Position numbers and translations under genes: made by a program. A DNA stretch of 63,866 nucleotides, counting the filler, from Guillardia theta CCMP2712 (lineage: Eukaryota > Protista > Cryptophyta): NCBI RefSeq assembly GCF_000315625.1. It is 4 parts of 4 records of this genome, joined end to end, with 100 filler letters (N's around TTAATTAATTAA, not from the genome) between each part and the next. Parts side by side here need not be neighbours in the genome. Positions count along the whole stretch, not along the records: positions 1 to 29,921 come from NW_005434473.1; positions 30,022 to 54,793 come from NW_005434667.1; 2 more parts are not named here. One strand, written 5' to 3'. The notes beneath the pieces were generated by a model. It saw only the letters and a program-made list of their open reading frames with translations, had not been told where the DNA came from and searched no databases. Positions within the stretch are counted from its first letter, which is position 1, and every line of letters begins with the position of its first letter. This document shows, one piece after another, positions 12,681-30,264 of this stretch.

Positions 12681-14430
12681 AGGGCCCAAGGTTCGAGGAG
12701 ATCGAGGACAAGGAAGGGGACAAAGAGATGGAGATGATGAATGCTGAGGAGGAGGAGAGGAGAGGAGAGGAGAGGAGAGGAGAGGAGCAAGGGTATCGGA
12801 TCACCGGACGAGCGGCGGACGTAAGGAGAACGAGAGCATGGCGGCCAATTGGAGGAAAACGGGAGGGGTAGGGGTCTTGAAGAAATGGGTAGGGTGGATC
12901 AAATACAGGGGTTCTCAGGAATGTAGGGGTAGTTTGAATATGGAAAAGTAGGGTAGGATGCATAAGATCGAGTACCCCAGACCCTAAATCTGATGATTAC
13001 CCCCTCTTTTACATGGTAAAAGTAGGGTAATGCGAAGTCCTCCCTGGGAATATAAGGGGTACTTGCTACAAAATAAGCTCTATGTGTCAAATTACGGTAG
13101 GGGTGGGAGGGAATGGGGGTACTGGTCAAAATTACGTAGTCGCTAGGATGGGTGGGTAGGGGTAGGGGTGTAACGACAACAGGGAACACGCCTCAGCCAT
13201 CTTTGAATATTTTATGATCAATTGTCTCAGAAACTTTGAAATTACCAAAAACAATTTGAAAAGAGTTTCCAGTTGGGCCTCGCTCCCCCAATATTTTCCT
13301 GATTTCGTGAAATTATTTTCGAAATTCAACAATCCCCAATTACCCCCAGGTCACCGTTGATACCAATGACCCCCACCCCTGTCTAAAATTCACATTTTGT
13401 AGCGTTGTTCCATGGAATTAAGGTACCCCACCCCCAGTTTATCCTTGTTCTCGTATCTCCTTCTTTTTACCCCGAGGGGTCCTTCGCTCCCCAGTAAACT
13501 TGTCCCTCACATCTCCCGACAACCCCCTGTTTCTGGATACCACCCCACGTTTCCTCCTCGACTACCCCACCGTTTGCCTATAAGGTACCGTCCCCTTCAC
13601 ACCCCCACCCCTCCACATATCCCCAGCGCTATCTCCTGCTATGCCAGCGGCTGCGGCAATACAGAGAGGACGAGGAGGGGAGGGGGGCTTGAACCATGAA
13701 GAATGTCGAATCATCATCGCCATGCTCATGACGCTTCCATCCATTCTCTGCTCCTGTCTCCTGCTCTTGTGCTGTTGATCAATGCTCCATGCTCCACTGC
13801 TTCCCCGCCATCGTGAACTCATACACTGATGTTCTTGTGATATATGCACTCACTTTCCTGCCGCCTTGCAACAAGGCATTTGTTCATATTTCTATTGTGT
13901 ACGTTCTTATCTTGTGTCATTTTTGCCATGTTCACAGTGACGAACGTCACAGAAACACACACACGCATTGTATTTGATGTGAAGCTAGATAAATTTCCCT
14001 TGTTCCTATTGATCTCCTGTCTTTCATCCTGGTTCATAGAGCCTCAAGGATAGTGTGTTGGAAACTTACCATGTCTCTGTCAAACAACATGTTCTCGTCT
14101 CTGAAAGGCAGCGCGCGAGCAGATAGTACTCTCAGAAGTGTTCTCCACCGTAAATAGGATACAACGACACGATTGCTTTGTAGTTTTGTGTATTGAGAAA
14201 AACTGCCAGCGGAACGCTCGATAATCATGCATATTGTTCATGTGTCGATTTAATGCTTGATGTACCCGCCATTGACACGGCTCTCGAGTGTGTATCTCTT
14301 TTAATTCACCATTTTTGTTCTATGTATTCCGATTCCACTGCCACACATTCTGCTGAGATTTGCTCTGGCTCACCCCTGGTTCTGTACAGACCGTCCGATC
14401 CTCCTTGCCTTGTAATAGCTGAAACCAACT

Positions 14431-16708
14431 ATGGGAACAAACTCTAGCAGGTTGTATGGATGTGCTGACCCACTCGAGTTAGAGGAGGACGCTTTCTCCT
14501 GACTCCCTGCGCGCAGGCCTGGTGAAGGGGGAGGCAACCAGGGTGGACAGGGTGCTGGTGATACAGGTAGGTTGGTGTAGAGAGCATGCTGAGGATGGTA
14601 AGAGGGAAGGTACACTGATCGCTGTTTGGTGGGCAGGCATGGCAGGCAATCCCAGTCAGATGGGGTAAGTCGTTGAGGACTTGTTGTTTGCTTCGCTGAC
14701 TCAGAGGTTGAAGGTACGGGGGGACGAGGTTTGCTGGAGGCAGCACAGGTACAGGAGGAGGTGGAGGAGGAGTTGGTGGTGCTTGTGGAGGAACAAGAGG
14801 AGGAGGGTTGGATCTACAGGAATATGGGAATTCACTTGCTCTCAAAGGACTTTTTGCTCCGAGGCCTGATGGAAGCCTTTTTGTGCCGAATTCTCAAAGA
14901 CAAGTGAGGAACTATGCATGGTGCTGACGCCGTTGGGTCACAAGCACACGGCAGGTCCCACCTGCTCCTCAACTACAACTCACGGAAACCATTCGCAACG
15001 ATGTAAACCTCAAAAAGCAGACGCTGAAGCTGAACAAGGTCAAGCTCCTAAGGGCAAGCGAACCATCATGGACCTGATCCCATCTGCAGTGTGCCAACTC
15101 GCCCAACACCTACTGCCTGGAATTCCTCTTTGATGCTGCTGCAGACTGCACAGTTTCCATCTGGTGAGAAGGGCCCCATTGAGGAGTATCTGCGACTGAA
15201 TGCTCTTTGCGATCAGGTTCCTTGCAGAGGAACAGGTCGACAGCGCTAACAACACCATCAAGTTTGAAACTTCCTACGAAGTGAGTGGAACCTTGTCCTG
15301 CCCTCTGACCTTGCAAGCTCAAACTCACACGGCGGCAGATTCAGCCAAAGACCGTCAAGTTCAAAGCTGCCCTCGGGCAACACTTCACTCAGCCTGAGAA
15401 CGAGGTTCGATTAGAGGGATGCGAAGTTGTGATGTTGTTGCTGATCTTGGCTGTTCCTCTCTCCTCCAATTCCTACCCATCCTTTCAGGGGTTCAATGTC
15501 TCGTTAGTTCAGAACCGTGGACAAATGTACTATCATCATGGATCGCAGGTACTTGATGCGTGTAATGTGGAGTATGAAGGGTTGAACTTGTTCTTGCACC
15601 AGCATTTCCCCATTGTCATCATGTTGCAAACTTGCGATGAGAACGCGCACCGTGTGCAATCACAGAGCACGTTTGCAACATTCAAGGTAGGAGAGAGACA
15701 GGAATCTTGTTGACTCTGATTCTGGCTCAGTCGAACGCCGATGGGTCTCTTTCGGTAGCCGTTATCAAGCAGAAGATTCAAGTGTGGACAAGTTGTTTGA
15801 GTGATGGATGAGTGAGATGATGGGTTGTGATAGGTCAAGGGCAACGCTTATGAGCTACAGGAAATCTACGGCATTGAACAGGTGACTTGTGATGTTTGTT
15901 CTGGCTGCCTCGTTCCATCAAGCTCCCACTTCTTGCATCGTAGATTCGAGCAATTCCTTGTTTCTTCGGCTTGGCTTGTCTTGAGAATTCTCGTTTCTTC
16001 ATCTTGATCTTCAACTCCTCTTGAGCTACTTGTCGCTTCAAACTTCTCTTCATCTTCCACTGTCTTGCGATCTGTCTCGCAGTCACACTTAGCTTCAAAA
16101 CCTGAATCCAATCACATCATACGCTTCATCCTCTGCTTTCTCCATTACTGTTTCTACCTCACCTTTGCATGTCAACTGATAGCATGATGCGCTACAGAAC
16201 GACGCTGAGAACTCCAAGGAGTGTGTTATTTGCATGTCGGCGCCAAAGGACACTACAGTCTTGCCTTGCAGACACATGTGCATGTGCAGGTAAAGTTTGA
16301 CCGCTGGCCGTTGCAAGTCACGTGTCATGTTGTCAACTCCTTGCGGCGCAAGCGAGTCATCCTCTCTCGTCCACGGCAGATTGTCCCATGATGTTTGATG
16401 TCAACCTGAATGTTTCTTGACGTGTTGATCAAGATCGCGCGATCATTCCGCTGATGTGTTGTTACTTGCTGTTGCGTTGTTCACTTCGAACTGCTTTCTG
16501 ACGCAACTTCACCTGCAGCGATTGCGCGAAAGTTTTGAGATACCAGACCAACAAGGTGGCGATCTTGCTTTGTCCTCGATTTCAACTTTCACAGCCTTGA
16601 AACTCTCCGACGGTGGAGAACTGACGAGTTTTGCCTTTTCAGTGCCCTATTTGCAGATGTTCAGTAGAGTCGCTCTTGCAGATCAAGGTCTGTGCAAGTG
16701 ATGATTGA
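14431..16708 (+). CDS. MGRN1/RNF157/LOG2-like RING E3 ubiquitin ligase, multi-exon
   Basis: N-terminal MGTNSS (myristoylation-type), DAR2-like [16 protein letters not shown] and [17 protein letters not shown], and a C3HC4-type RING assembled across introns: [41 protein letters not shown]. Confidence 0.9.
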
Positions 16709-17414
16709 GTTGTTGCTTGTCGGGATAAAACTGACTTTGACTGTCCTTGATTTCATGTTGTCCTGACCGCAGTGCATGACGAGTTGTTTTGATGCGTGTT
16801 GTCTTGTTTTTGACCATGGTTGAGGAGTATGAGTTTTTTTGCCATTTTTATTGTTTTATGTGTATTCATGCCAACTTCTCAACAAATGCAACAAGAAACC
16901 CAATACATAAGATGTTTCACATGGTGTGAATGTTTCTTTGACGCATGATACTTATTTTTCTGTATGTTGGGCAATATGTTATCAATTGCCCTGTGTGTGC
17001 ATGACGTGATGTATATTGTCTAGATACATTCACACGTCATGACATGACATGCATGTTCTGTTGTTGTGAATTCGAGATGACAAGATGTATCAGGTCAACT
17101 CGTCGGGAGAAACTGCTCCTGTTGGCAACTCTTGAATGTGATTGGGAAAATCTTTAAGAGTTTTCACAATGATTGTTTCGAAGTTGCGCTGCTCGAAGCA
17201 AGTTTAAGTAACAAGATAGGTAGAAATCTGCGCTCAACAGAAAAAGTATGAGACTAAGGACGGCGGGAGAGAGAGAGAGGAGGGAAGAGATTTTGTTCTT
17301 TATGATGAAACGAGAGAAAAACGTGTTGTGTTGTGACGTGCTGATTTCAAAGAGACCTTGAGCACATGTACAACTCAGCAGAGTGTACAAGTGAAAATCA
17401 TGAAATTTCTTACA

Positions 17415-18144
17415 TCAGAAGAAACCAACCTTGACGTTCCCAGAGGAGGTGACTGATTTCAATCTTCCTGGAAAGCTCATGTCAACGTTCTGACCGATGC
17501 ATATTGAAGTGTTGGTGACCAAAGTACAACTTGAAGAGGTCGGATCGAGTTTCAGCCATGCTCGTCAGACTCCTGGCCTTGCTGTCTACCCACATGTCGA
17601 CCAGGACGTACTGGGAGGAGAGTAAGAAGAAGAGAAGTGAAGGAGAGGAGAAGTGAAGGAGAGGAGAAGAGGAGGGAGGAGCAAGTGAGTCGGATGAGAT
17701 GACGATGATGATTGCGAAGACGATGGAGGGAAGGATAGAGGAGGAGGAGGAGGAGGAGGAGGAGGAGGAGGAGGAGGAGGAGGAGGAGGAGGAGGAGGAG
17801 GAGTAGCTCTACCTTGAGGTTGTGCAGGTCGAAGGCTCCCATCTCAGCGAGACGACAAAACTTTCCTGGAGTACCTGAGGACAGAGAGTGAAGGAACGAG
17901 AGGAGAGGGAACACAGGACAGGGCAGGGCAGGGCAGGACAGGACAGGACAGGACAGGACAGGACAGGACAGGACAGGACATGACAGGACAGGACAGGGAG
18001 GAGGGGCGGAAGGGTGTTCGAACACGTGAGCATAATCTTTGGTAATACCAAACAAGGAGGAAGAGGAAATGGAAAAGCAGGAGAAGGAAGAAGGGGAGGA
18101 GGTGGTGGTGGAAACGAGGAGGAGGAGGAGGAGGAGGAGGAGGA

Positions 18145-18231
<87 letters not shown>

Positions 18232-19346
18232 CGCAACATCAACTCACCCACGAAGATCCTTGAGTCGATCAAAGACCTCTGGAGGCGATGTTGAAGCATC
18301 TGAGGCTTGAGAAGGAAGAGCCTGGCAACGGGGCACTCGCCGTCAAACTCGGAGATGGCGTCTGAGATGATCTTGCAGCGCTCTGTAGAGATACAGAGGA
18401 TGAGGAGGACTGGGGCAGCGCGGTTGGAGATGTATCTTTGCCCTCGCGTGATACTGATGTTGAAGGATGTGATTTCAGGGATCAGATCTGGTCTTTCTTT
18501 CTTGTAGAGCTTGTCGAGTAACACTGCGAAATTGTCATCATCTTCACCAGCACCATCGTCCTCTTCCATGTTGTTATTCATCATCGTCATCTCCTCCTCC
18601 TGCCCCTCCGCGCGCTCCTCCTCTCCTCCTCGTCTCCTCCTCCTCCTCCTCCCTCCATCGTCCTCCTCGTCCTCGTCCTTCTCCTCGTCGTCTTCCACAA
18701 TCATGTCTATCATCTCCATCGTCATCATCATAGCACTTACTTAAACTCAACGGGGGTCTGACAATTGTCAGGGTCACATTCGTTCCAGCTTCTCCACATA
18801 TCATGTTTGCAACGTCGGCAATGCGATCTTTGATCGGACCCGAAGCTATCACCTTGTAATCTCATCTCATTGCAAGTTCACAATGTTCGAATCATCATCA
18901 CAAACCTTCTTCAAAGACTTTCCGTCAACAGAGATGATGTAATCTTGCTCTTTCAACCCGCAGATGTCCGCTGTCAAGATGGAAAAGTGAGATGCTTGCA
19001 TGGTTGTGGAGCAAACAAACGATCTTCTCATCAGAGATACAAGAACTCCTCAACAACCCATCTCATGTCCAATAAGAACATGTTCCGCAATACACTTGTA
19101 CAGCTCAATCAGTGCAAGAGTGTACATGCCTGGGCCTTTTGTCAAAGATTGTTTGATGAGAACGATCCTCCTGTCAGGATGAACAACATCTGGGCGATCT
19201 ATGTCCAGCTCAACACCAATGCCGCAGTTGTAGAGATCCGGGAGAAGTGCGTTGGAGTCTCTGGGATGGGTGTTAGAAAATGTGGGAAGAGAAGGTAAGG
19301 TGAGGTCACATGCTCTATCATCTATCATCATCATCTCCATCATCAA

Positions 19347-19386
<40 letters not shown>

Positions 19387-19426
19387 GTCTCCATCGTCAT
19401 CATCACCATCATCTCCATCATCGTCC

Positions 19427-19464
<38 letters not shown>

Positions 19465-19897
19465 TCCATCATCTTCATCATCTCCATCATCCATTCCCCA
19501 TTCCACATTATCTTTCTTACTTCTGACAAAGTTGAACCTTCCAATTAGGACACAGCTCTTTGATGTAACTCGCAAGCGCGTTTGCGCGATCCCTCTTGAA
19601 GCTGCTGGTGCTGTTGACATACGATGAATACGGCTCAACGAACTGATCCTCATGGATGTCTTGGGCAAGGAAAGTATCTCGTGAGTCCTCGATTGCATTC
19701 TAATAGGGAGAAAAGTCAGACAAGTCGAACAAACACACGAACAACAAGCGGAGCAGCAGCAGCAGCCCTACCACCACCAGCGCCATCAGCAGGAAGATGA
19801 TGGAGATCAGGGAGGAGGAGGAGGAGGAGGAGAAGGAGGAGGAGGAGGAGAAGGAGGAGGAGGAGGAGGAGGAGGAGGAGGAGGAGGAGGAGGAGGA

Positions 19898-19933
<36 letters not shown>

Positions 19934-22900
19934 GCAGCAGAAGCAGCAATTTCAAGATCATGATTCTGGTGTAGGACTTCACAAAGTCTCCAAAGACACT
20001 CAATCACCGCCAACAATGCAGATGGCGTGAATTTCGACATCTCGATAGCTCGAAGCCCTTCGAAGAAAACCACATTCTCAGTCTTGTTGTTCTTACAGAC
20101 CTGCAAGACATTTTTGTCAGATGTTACTCCTTGATCATCACAAAACGTTTCCGTCCATCATGTAAAAGGTTTTCTGCCTCTCATTGTATTTGTTGAGAAC
20201 TGATCGCAACAAAAGAAAACATTCCCGCAACAAGAAAGATTTCAAATTTCAACATCTCGTCCAATCATCTTTCAAGCATGAGAACTGAAAACAGGAGAGC
20301 TGAAAACATCCACAACAATCTACAAATTGAAAACTCACATTGAATGCTTCATTCTCCCGCAGACTTATAATGGAAAATCCCTTGCCAAAAGAGTGCTTCA
20401 GAAACACCTGCTCCAGCGTCGTTCGCAACTGTGACATCTCCACAGGAATCGAAGGCATGAACAGGTATTGATCGTCGAGAGACGACGAAGGTTGTTGTTT
20501 TCCAACCAATTTTGGCAGTGAGGTAGACTGTGCCGACGGAAGTTTTGCTAGTCTGAACCCTATGGCATACATACACCTCAGCCCTCCCTTGCAACTTGCG
20601 ACGCGGGATTGGAACATTGCGTTGCCACGTCTGATCACGCGAACTTTCTCGTCTTGGCGGTTGTTGACGATGTTGGTAGCATACAGCAGTATTGTCTCAA
20701 CACAAGTTGCAAATTTCTTCCTGCTGTTCACGTTCTGCTGCATGTAGTTCAAGGACGATCGCAGGTCCATCCCTCCCTTCCTCTTGATCCAAAACACCTC
20801 ATCCTCATCCTCTTCCACATCATCATCATCTTCATCTGAGTCCGAGTCGTCTTCCTCTGAAGATGAGGATATTGACATAGATTCCTCCTGTTTCTTCCGA
20901 ATCATCTCCTCCAACGACACACCCTTCTTGAAGTGTTCATCGGTGTATTCTATCCCCTTCTCCTGAGTCTTTTTCCTGTTCGAGGCTTTCCACGCTGCCT
21001 CCAGCACTTTCATGGACGGTAACGGTTTCGTCGGCCGGTTCGACATCTGACTTGCAGCGTCGACTCGCTTCTCTTTCCCGTCCTTCTTTCCTTGTGTGTT
21101 TCTCGTTTCCTCTTCATCTTCACTGTCGCTGACGTCCGCCATGTCTTGACCTGTCCTGATCGCCTTCGTCGCTCTTCTTACCTTGGCCAGAATCTCCTCC
21201 TCACGTTTCTTGGGGTCAACTTCGTCTCTCATAACTCCCTCCTCCTCCTCCTTCTCCTCCTTCCCCACGTCCATACCATCCATCTTGAAAGGCTTGTTAT
21301 CTTTCTCCTTTGTTCTCTTTGCCACTTTCTTCAACCTTGTATTAGGTTTGCTTGCCATGACTTTATCATCAAACAATTCATCGACCTCGCCATGTCTCTT
21401 TGAACCATGTTTGCTCCCCTTCAAACCCTCGTCCTTGACCCCCTTGTTTCTTCCTTCGAGTTTCTTTTCTCGGTCTCTCAAGTTGTCGTCGACAAACTCA
21501 TCCTCCAACTTTTTCATCCTCCGCGCCTCCTCCTCCTCCTCCTCCTCCTCCTCCTCCTCCTCCTTTTGCTTCCTCTTCTTCCGTTCTATTTCCTCTTTGG
21601 TCCCTTTGTCTTTCATTCCCTCCCTCTCCTTCTCCCTCTCCTTCATGTCCTTCTTTTCTTTCTTGACCTTGTTTTCCTTGTTTTCCTTGTTTTCTTTCTT
21701 GACCTTGTTTTCCTTGTTTTCCTTGTTTTCCTTGTTTTCCTTGTTTTCCTTGTTTTCCTTGTTTTCTTCCTTGTCCTTCTTTTCCTTCTTGCCCTTTTGT
21801 TTCTTCTTTTCCTTCTTGCCCTTTTGTTTCTTCTTTTCCTTCTTGCCCCTCTCCTCCTCCTCCATCTCTTCGTCTTCTACCGCATCCCGCATCGCTTCCC
21901 AATCAAAATCATCCACCTTCACGTTCTCAAGATAATCCTCCGCATCTTCCAGGGACTTGAAGTCCGCGCTCGACACCTTGAGAGCTTTCAGCTTCTCCTT
22001 CACCTTTTCCTCCCTCTTCCTCCTCTGAACTCTCTCCTTCCTCGCTTCAGCAGCTCCGTCCAGCTCCCGCAGCTTTCCTTCCACGTGCTTCTTCAAGGAA
22101 TCAATCTCAGATTGTTTGTACATGCCCTTGAGAAATAGCTCCTGCCCGTCCTTTAGCTTCTTCTCCAACTTTCTTCTCAACGCATTCTCCTTATCAGTTG
22201 GCGTTCCTGCGTCCTGCTTCTTCCTCTCAAACTCCGAGTCTTCTTCTGAGGAAGAGCTCGATAGCTTCGAAGTCGACCTTGCCTTGCTCACGGCGTTGAG
22301 CGATGTCCAACCTCCCGCTGTCCTCTCCTCCTCCTCCTCCTCCTCCTCCCTGGACGCTCCTTCCGAACCTTCCTCGCTGTTCGACACGTGAAAGCTGAAC
22401 ATTTTCCTCTTCATCTCTTCTCTTCTCCTGGCAACGTCTTCGAACGTCGGCATGATCGCTCCTGTCTTCGAAGCTATCTCCACCTCCCTCATCCACATCT
22501 CCTCGACGCTCTCCAACTTTCCTCTCTCCGCCAGGTTGCTCTTGTGATCTCTCGACGTCTGCGTGTACCTTATCCCCCCCGTTGCTACCTGCGGCCGCTC
22601 CTGCTCCAGAATTTCTTCTGCTCTTGCCCGCTGCCTGTCAGCATACTTGGCGTCTGCCGCCAGCCGTTTCCTCTCTCGCACCCGCTTCCTCCTCTCCTGT
22701 TTCGTCAACCTCTCCTCCTCCTGCCAACCGTCAGATCTCAGAAAACGCCGCCTTGTACATCAACATGGTTGGACATCGTTGGTGAAGACAGCAAACATTG
22801 CAAACACTGTCTGGCATCGCTCATGAAGACAGATATCACTGCAAACACATTTTGACATGGCTCATGAAGACAGATATCACTGCAAACACTTCTCACCGTC

Positions 22901-23112
22901 TCTGAATCCTCGTCCATGCTCGCATGACCGCCACGGAGGCCGTGCAGTCTTAGGAAAGCAGACGCTGTCGTGACTGCCCTGGGGGACATGGCTCTTGAAG
23001 AGAGGGTCGCCGCATGTGGGCATGCGTTGGATCTACAGATCTCAACATTGCAGACTGTCAGGAGGAAGAAGAATCCTGCGATGCTGCCTCCAATACGCTG
23101 ACGGGAAGGCAT
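17415..23112 (-). CDS. Predicted multi-exon protein: signal-like peptide + LRGG motif, charged low-complexity region, PUB domain, Cms1/CMSS1-like domain with an inserted PDZ domain
   Basis: PUB: CVETILLYATNIVNNRQDEKVRVIRRGNAMFQSRVASCKGGLRCMYAIGF. PDZ: CGIGVEL...GPADICGLKEQDYIISVDGKSL...VANMICGEAGTNVTLTIVRP. Cms1-like: PVLLILCISTERC, VARLF, IFVGTPGK, YVLVDMWVDSK, KVGFF*. Splice phases are mutually compatible; the PUB-to-Cms1 join is the least certain. Confidence 0.7.
19325..19490. repeat. Intronic (CAT)n microsatellite; representative of many intronic SSRs ((GGA)n, (CAG)n, (GGACA)n, (GAGCAG)n, (CTCCT)n)
   Basis: Seen directly. Similar tracts occur at ~985-1035, 8323-8380, 17740-17800, 17915-17995, 18115-18230, 19810-19950, 23600-23656, 28540-28760 and 30770-30850. 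Confidence 0.95.
22781..22889. repeat. ~41-bp-period direct repeat in intron 1 of the PUB/Cms1 gene
   Basis: GCTCATGAAGACAGATATCACTGCAAACAC occurs exactly at 22819-22848 and 22860-22889, with a degenerate third copy at 22781-22807. Confidence 0.85.
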
Positions 23113-23869
23113 GGCTAGCACTCGTAGAGCCTGCTGATAATGCTGCCGTCTCAACTCTTCAAAGCATGGCGAGCGAGCGCCTCTGAGCAGCGCCAGCGCT
23201 GCATGGATACAGCTGGTCGAACATGGTCAGACTTGTCGCTCCTTCTCCTCCTCCTTCCTCAACGTGCTCTCATCGCAGCATTTTCATGTCCATACCATCG
23301 CTCCTCCTCCTCCCTTGAAGTCCATTCCGTCGATACCACGTGGGAGATGCGGCCGGTGAGAACGAATAACTACCTACCCCTCAAAGTATGGAGATTATCA
23401 GGGGTACAGAAACAAAAATTGATCATTGTTGTACTGAATAAGGTATGTGAGTAAAATATATCAACATGTCGTTCTACTAATAGACGCCTCGTGGGATCCC
23501 GAAAGGAGGGTCGAGCAAGGGAGGGAAGGAAAAGAGGAGAGAGGAGCAGCAGAGGAGAGGAGAGGAGAGGAGAGGACTGGACTGGACTGGAGGGCAGGGC
23601 AGGACAGGACAGGACAGGACAGGACAGGACAGGACAGGACAGGACAGGACAGGACAGGAGGCGAGGGGAGAGGCGAGGAGGTCAGAGGGAGGTCGATGGA
23701 AGTGGAGCAGATGAGGGAAGCCAAGGAAAAGATTAACAGAGAGAAACGGTTTGACGAGAAGTAGGCAGGACAGGACCAAGAAGAAGAAAAGACAAGAAAT
23801 CAACATATGGAAAATTCAAAAATGTTCTTGATTGTTTGCTTCATTTGAAATGCTTCAAACAAACGTGTT

Positions 23870-28450
<4,581 letters not shown>

Positions 28451-28538
28451 CTAAGAAAGAGTTAGGAGGGACAGACAAGCGAAGCTAATGGCTTCTTGGG
28501 GAAGTGTTGATGCGGATTAGGGAGGCTGATGAGGAAGG

Positions 28539-28596
<58 letters not shown>

Positions 28597-28658
28597 AAGC
28601 AAGCAAGAGCAGGAGCAGCAAGGAGCAGGAGCAGAAGCAAGCAGGAGCAGGAGCAGCA

Positions 28659-28690
<32 letters not shown>

Positions 28691-28719
28691 AAGCAGAAGC
28701 AGGAGCAGGAGCAGAAGCA

Positions 28720-28761
<42 letters not shown>

Positions 28762-28994
28762 GAGAGAAGACGCAGGAGCATCTGCGCATGCTACATGTGA
28801 TGCAAGGACCTGCGACAGCATCGCCATTCAGCCCCCGACCAGCCCGCCTCATTGAGAATGAGGGTGATGAAATGGGATTGAGTGGGGAGGAGGGTTAAAA
28901 AGGTAGGGGGAGGAGGGGTCACATCTCTATGGTTTTGTTGCGTCATCGGGCAGATGGAGGAGCAGGAGACGGAGCAGGAGCAGGAGCAGGAGAC

Positions 28995-29032
<38 letters not shown>

Positions 29033-29332
29033 GGCAGGAGCAGGAGTAGGGTTAGGGGCAGGGGCAGGGGCAGGGGCAGGGGCAGGGGCAGCAGGAGCAG
29101 CAGGAGCAGGAGCAAGCAGGCAGGAAGGAAGACAGGCAGGAGGTCAGGGAAGAGGAAAGGGAAGAGGAACGTTAGGAGGAGGAAAGGAATGAGATAAAGA
29201 TAGGACTGGTGCAGAAGTTTACCAGGGCGTCACGACATGAAAGGCGGACGTGTCGAGAGGAAACAAAAATCTTTAGAGCTGGAACGCTGACAAGTTCCTA
29301 CCAGTTGACAGCTGTGACTTCAAGTGGCGACC

Positions 29333-29852
29333 ATGCGTTCTCTCATGCACACCTTGGTGTTTGCTGCATGGCTGGTGAGCGCCTGGGCTGCGTCCACGAA
29401 TGCGTACAAAGCATGGAGCTCCGGTCAGCTGCATGAAGGAGAGAGGAGAGAATCTCTGCTGAGCTCAGGTAAGCTGAACAGCGAGGGTGCAGGGTGTAGG
29501 GAGAGGGGCGGAAGATCGTTGAGTCGAGCTCCTTTCCTTTCACCCCTTGCTGTTTTATTGTCGGGAATGAGAGGAAGGTGAAGGTAGTGACAAGAGGCAG
29601 AGAAGTGAATGGCAAGATGGATGAGTTGTTATGCCTGGAATGTGCAAACAGACACATGTTTACTAGTTGCCAACCTTGACCTTCCCTTCACCCACCTTTG
29701 CTTGCGGACATCTCTTACAGCGCTTGGTGCTGTGCCATGTATGTGACAGCAGGTACTGATCAGGATCAATGGTACCGGAACCAAAGGGGAGGGTTCATAT
29801 CGGTACCCATGAGTACTATACGGACAGGCACGGAGTGAGAAAGATCGACAAG
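29333..29852 (+). CDS. 5' fragment of a putative secreted protein, truncated by the contig end
   Basis: MRSLMHTLVFAAWLVSAWAAS is signal-peptide-like, followed by a GTAAGC donor and a further exon-like segment. Confidence 0.4.
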
Positions 29853-29921
29853 GTGGAAGATCAACTTTCTCTTCCTCTACTCCCTCCCTCCCTCCCTCCC
29901 TCCCTCCCTCCCTCCTCCCTC

Positions 29922-30021
29922 NNNNNNNNNNNNNNNNNNNNNNNNNNNNNNNNNNNNNNNNNNNNTTAATTAATTAANNNNNNNNNNNNNNNNNNNNNNN
30001 NNNNNNNNNNNNNNNNNNNNN
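29922..30021. other. Artificial contig-joining spacer (N44-TTAATTAATTAA-N44)
   Basis: An identical six-frame-stop spacer occurs three times in the window. Confidence 0.98.
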
Positions 30022-30264
30022 CTCCTCCTCTCCTCCTCCCTCTACCTCTCCCCCTCCTCCCCTCCTCCCTCCTCCCCTCCTCCCTCCCTCCTCTTTCCTC
30101 TCTCCTCCCTTCTCGCATCCGCCCTTCCCTCCCCTTCTCGCTCCCCACTCCTCTCTGCTCTCTCCTTCTTCTCCGTCCTCCGTTCTCCTTTATCCTTCCC
30201 TCTGTCGTCCTCCTCGCTATCTTCCTTCCTCTCTGGCCCTTTCTTTCATCTGAGTCCTTGGCAG

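Noticed and set aside
18014-18310. Poly-Q/poly-E/poly-S/poly-L ORFs here and at many other SSR tracts
   Set aside because: They lie in introns or on the antisense strand of real genes and simply translate microsatellites.
29966-29977. TTAATTAATTAA as a biological motif or piggyBac site
   Set aside because: It is centred in identical N-padded spacers three times; a six-frame stop linker.
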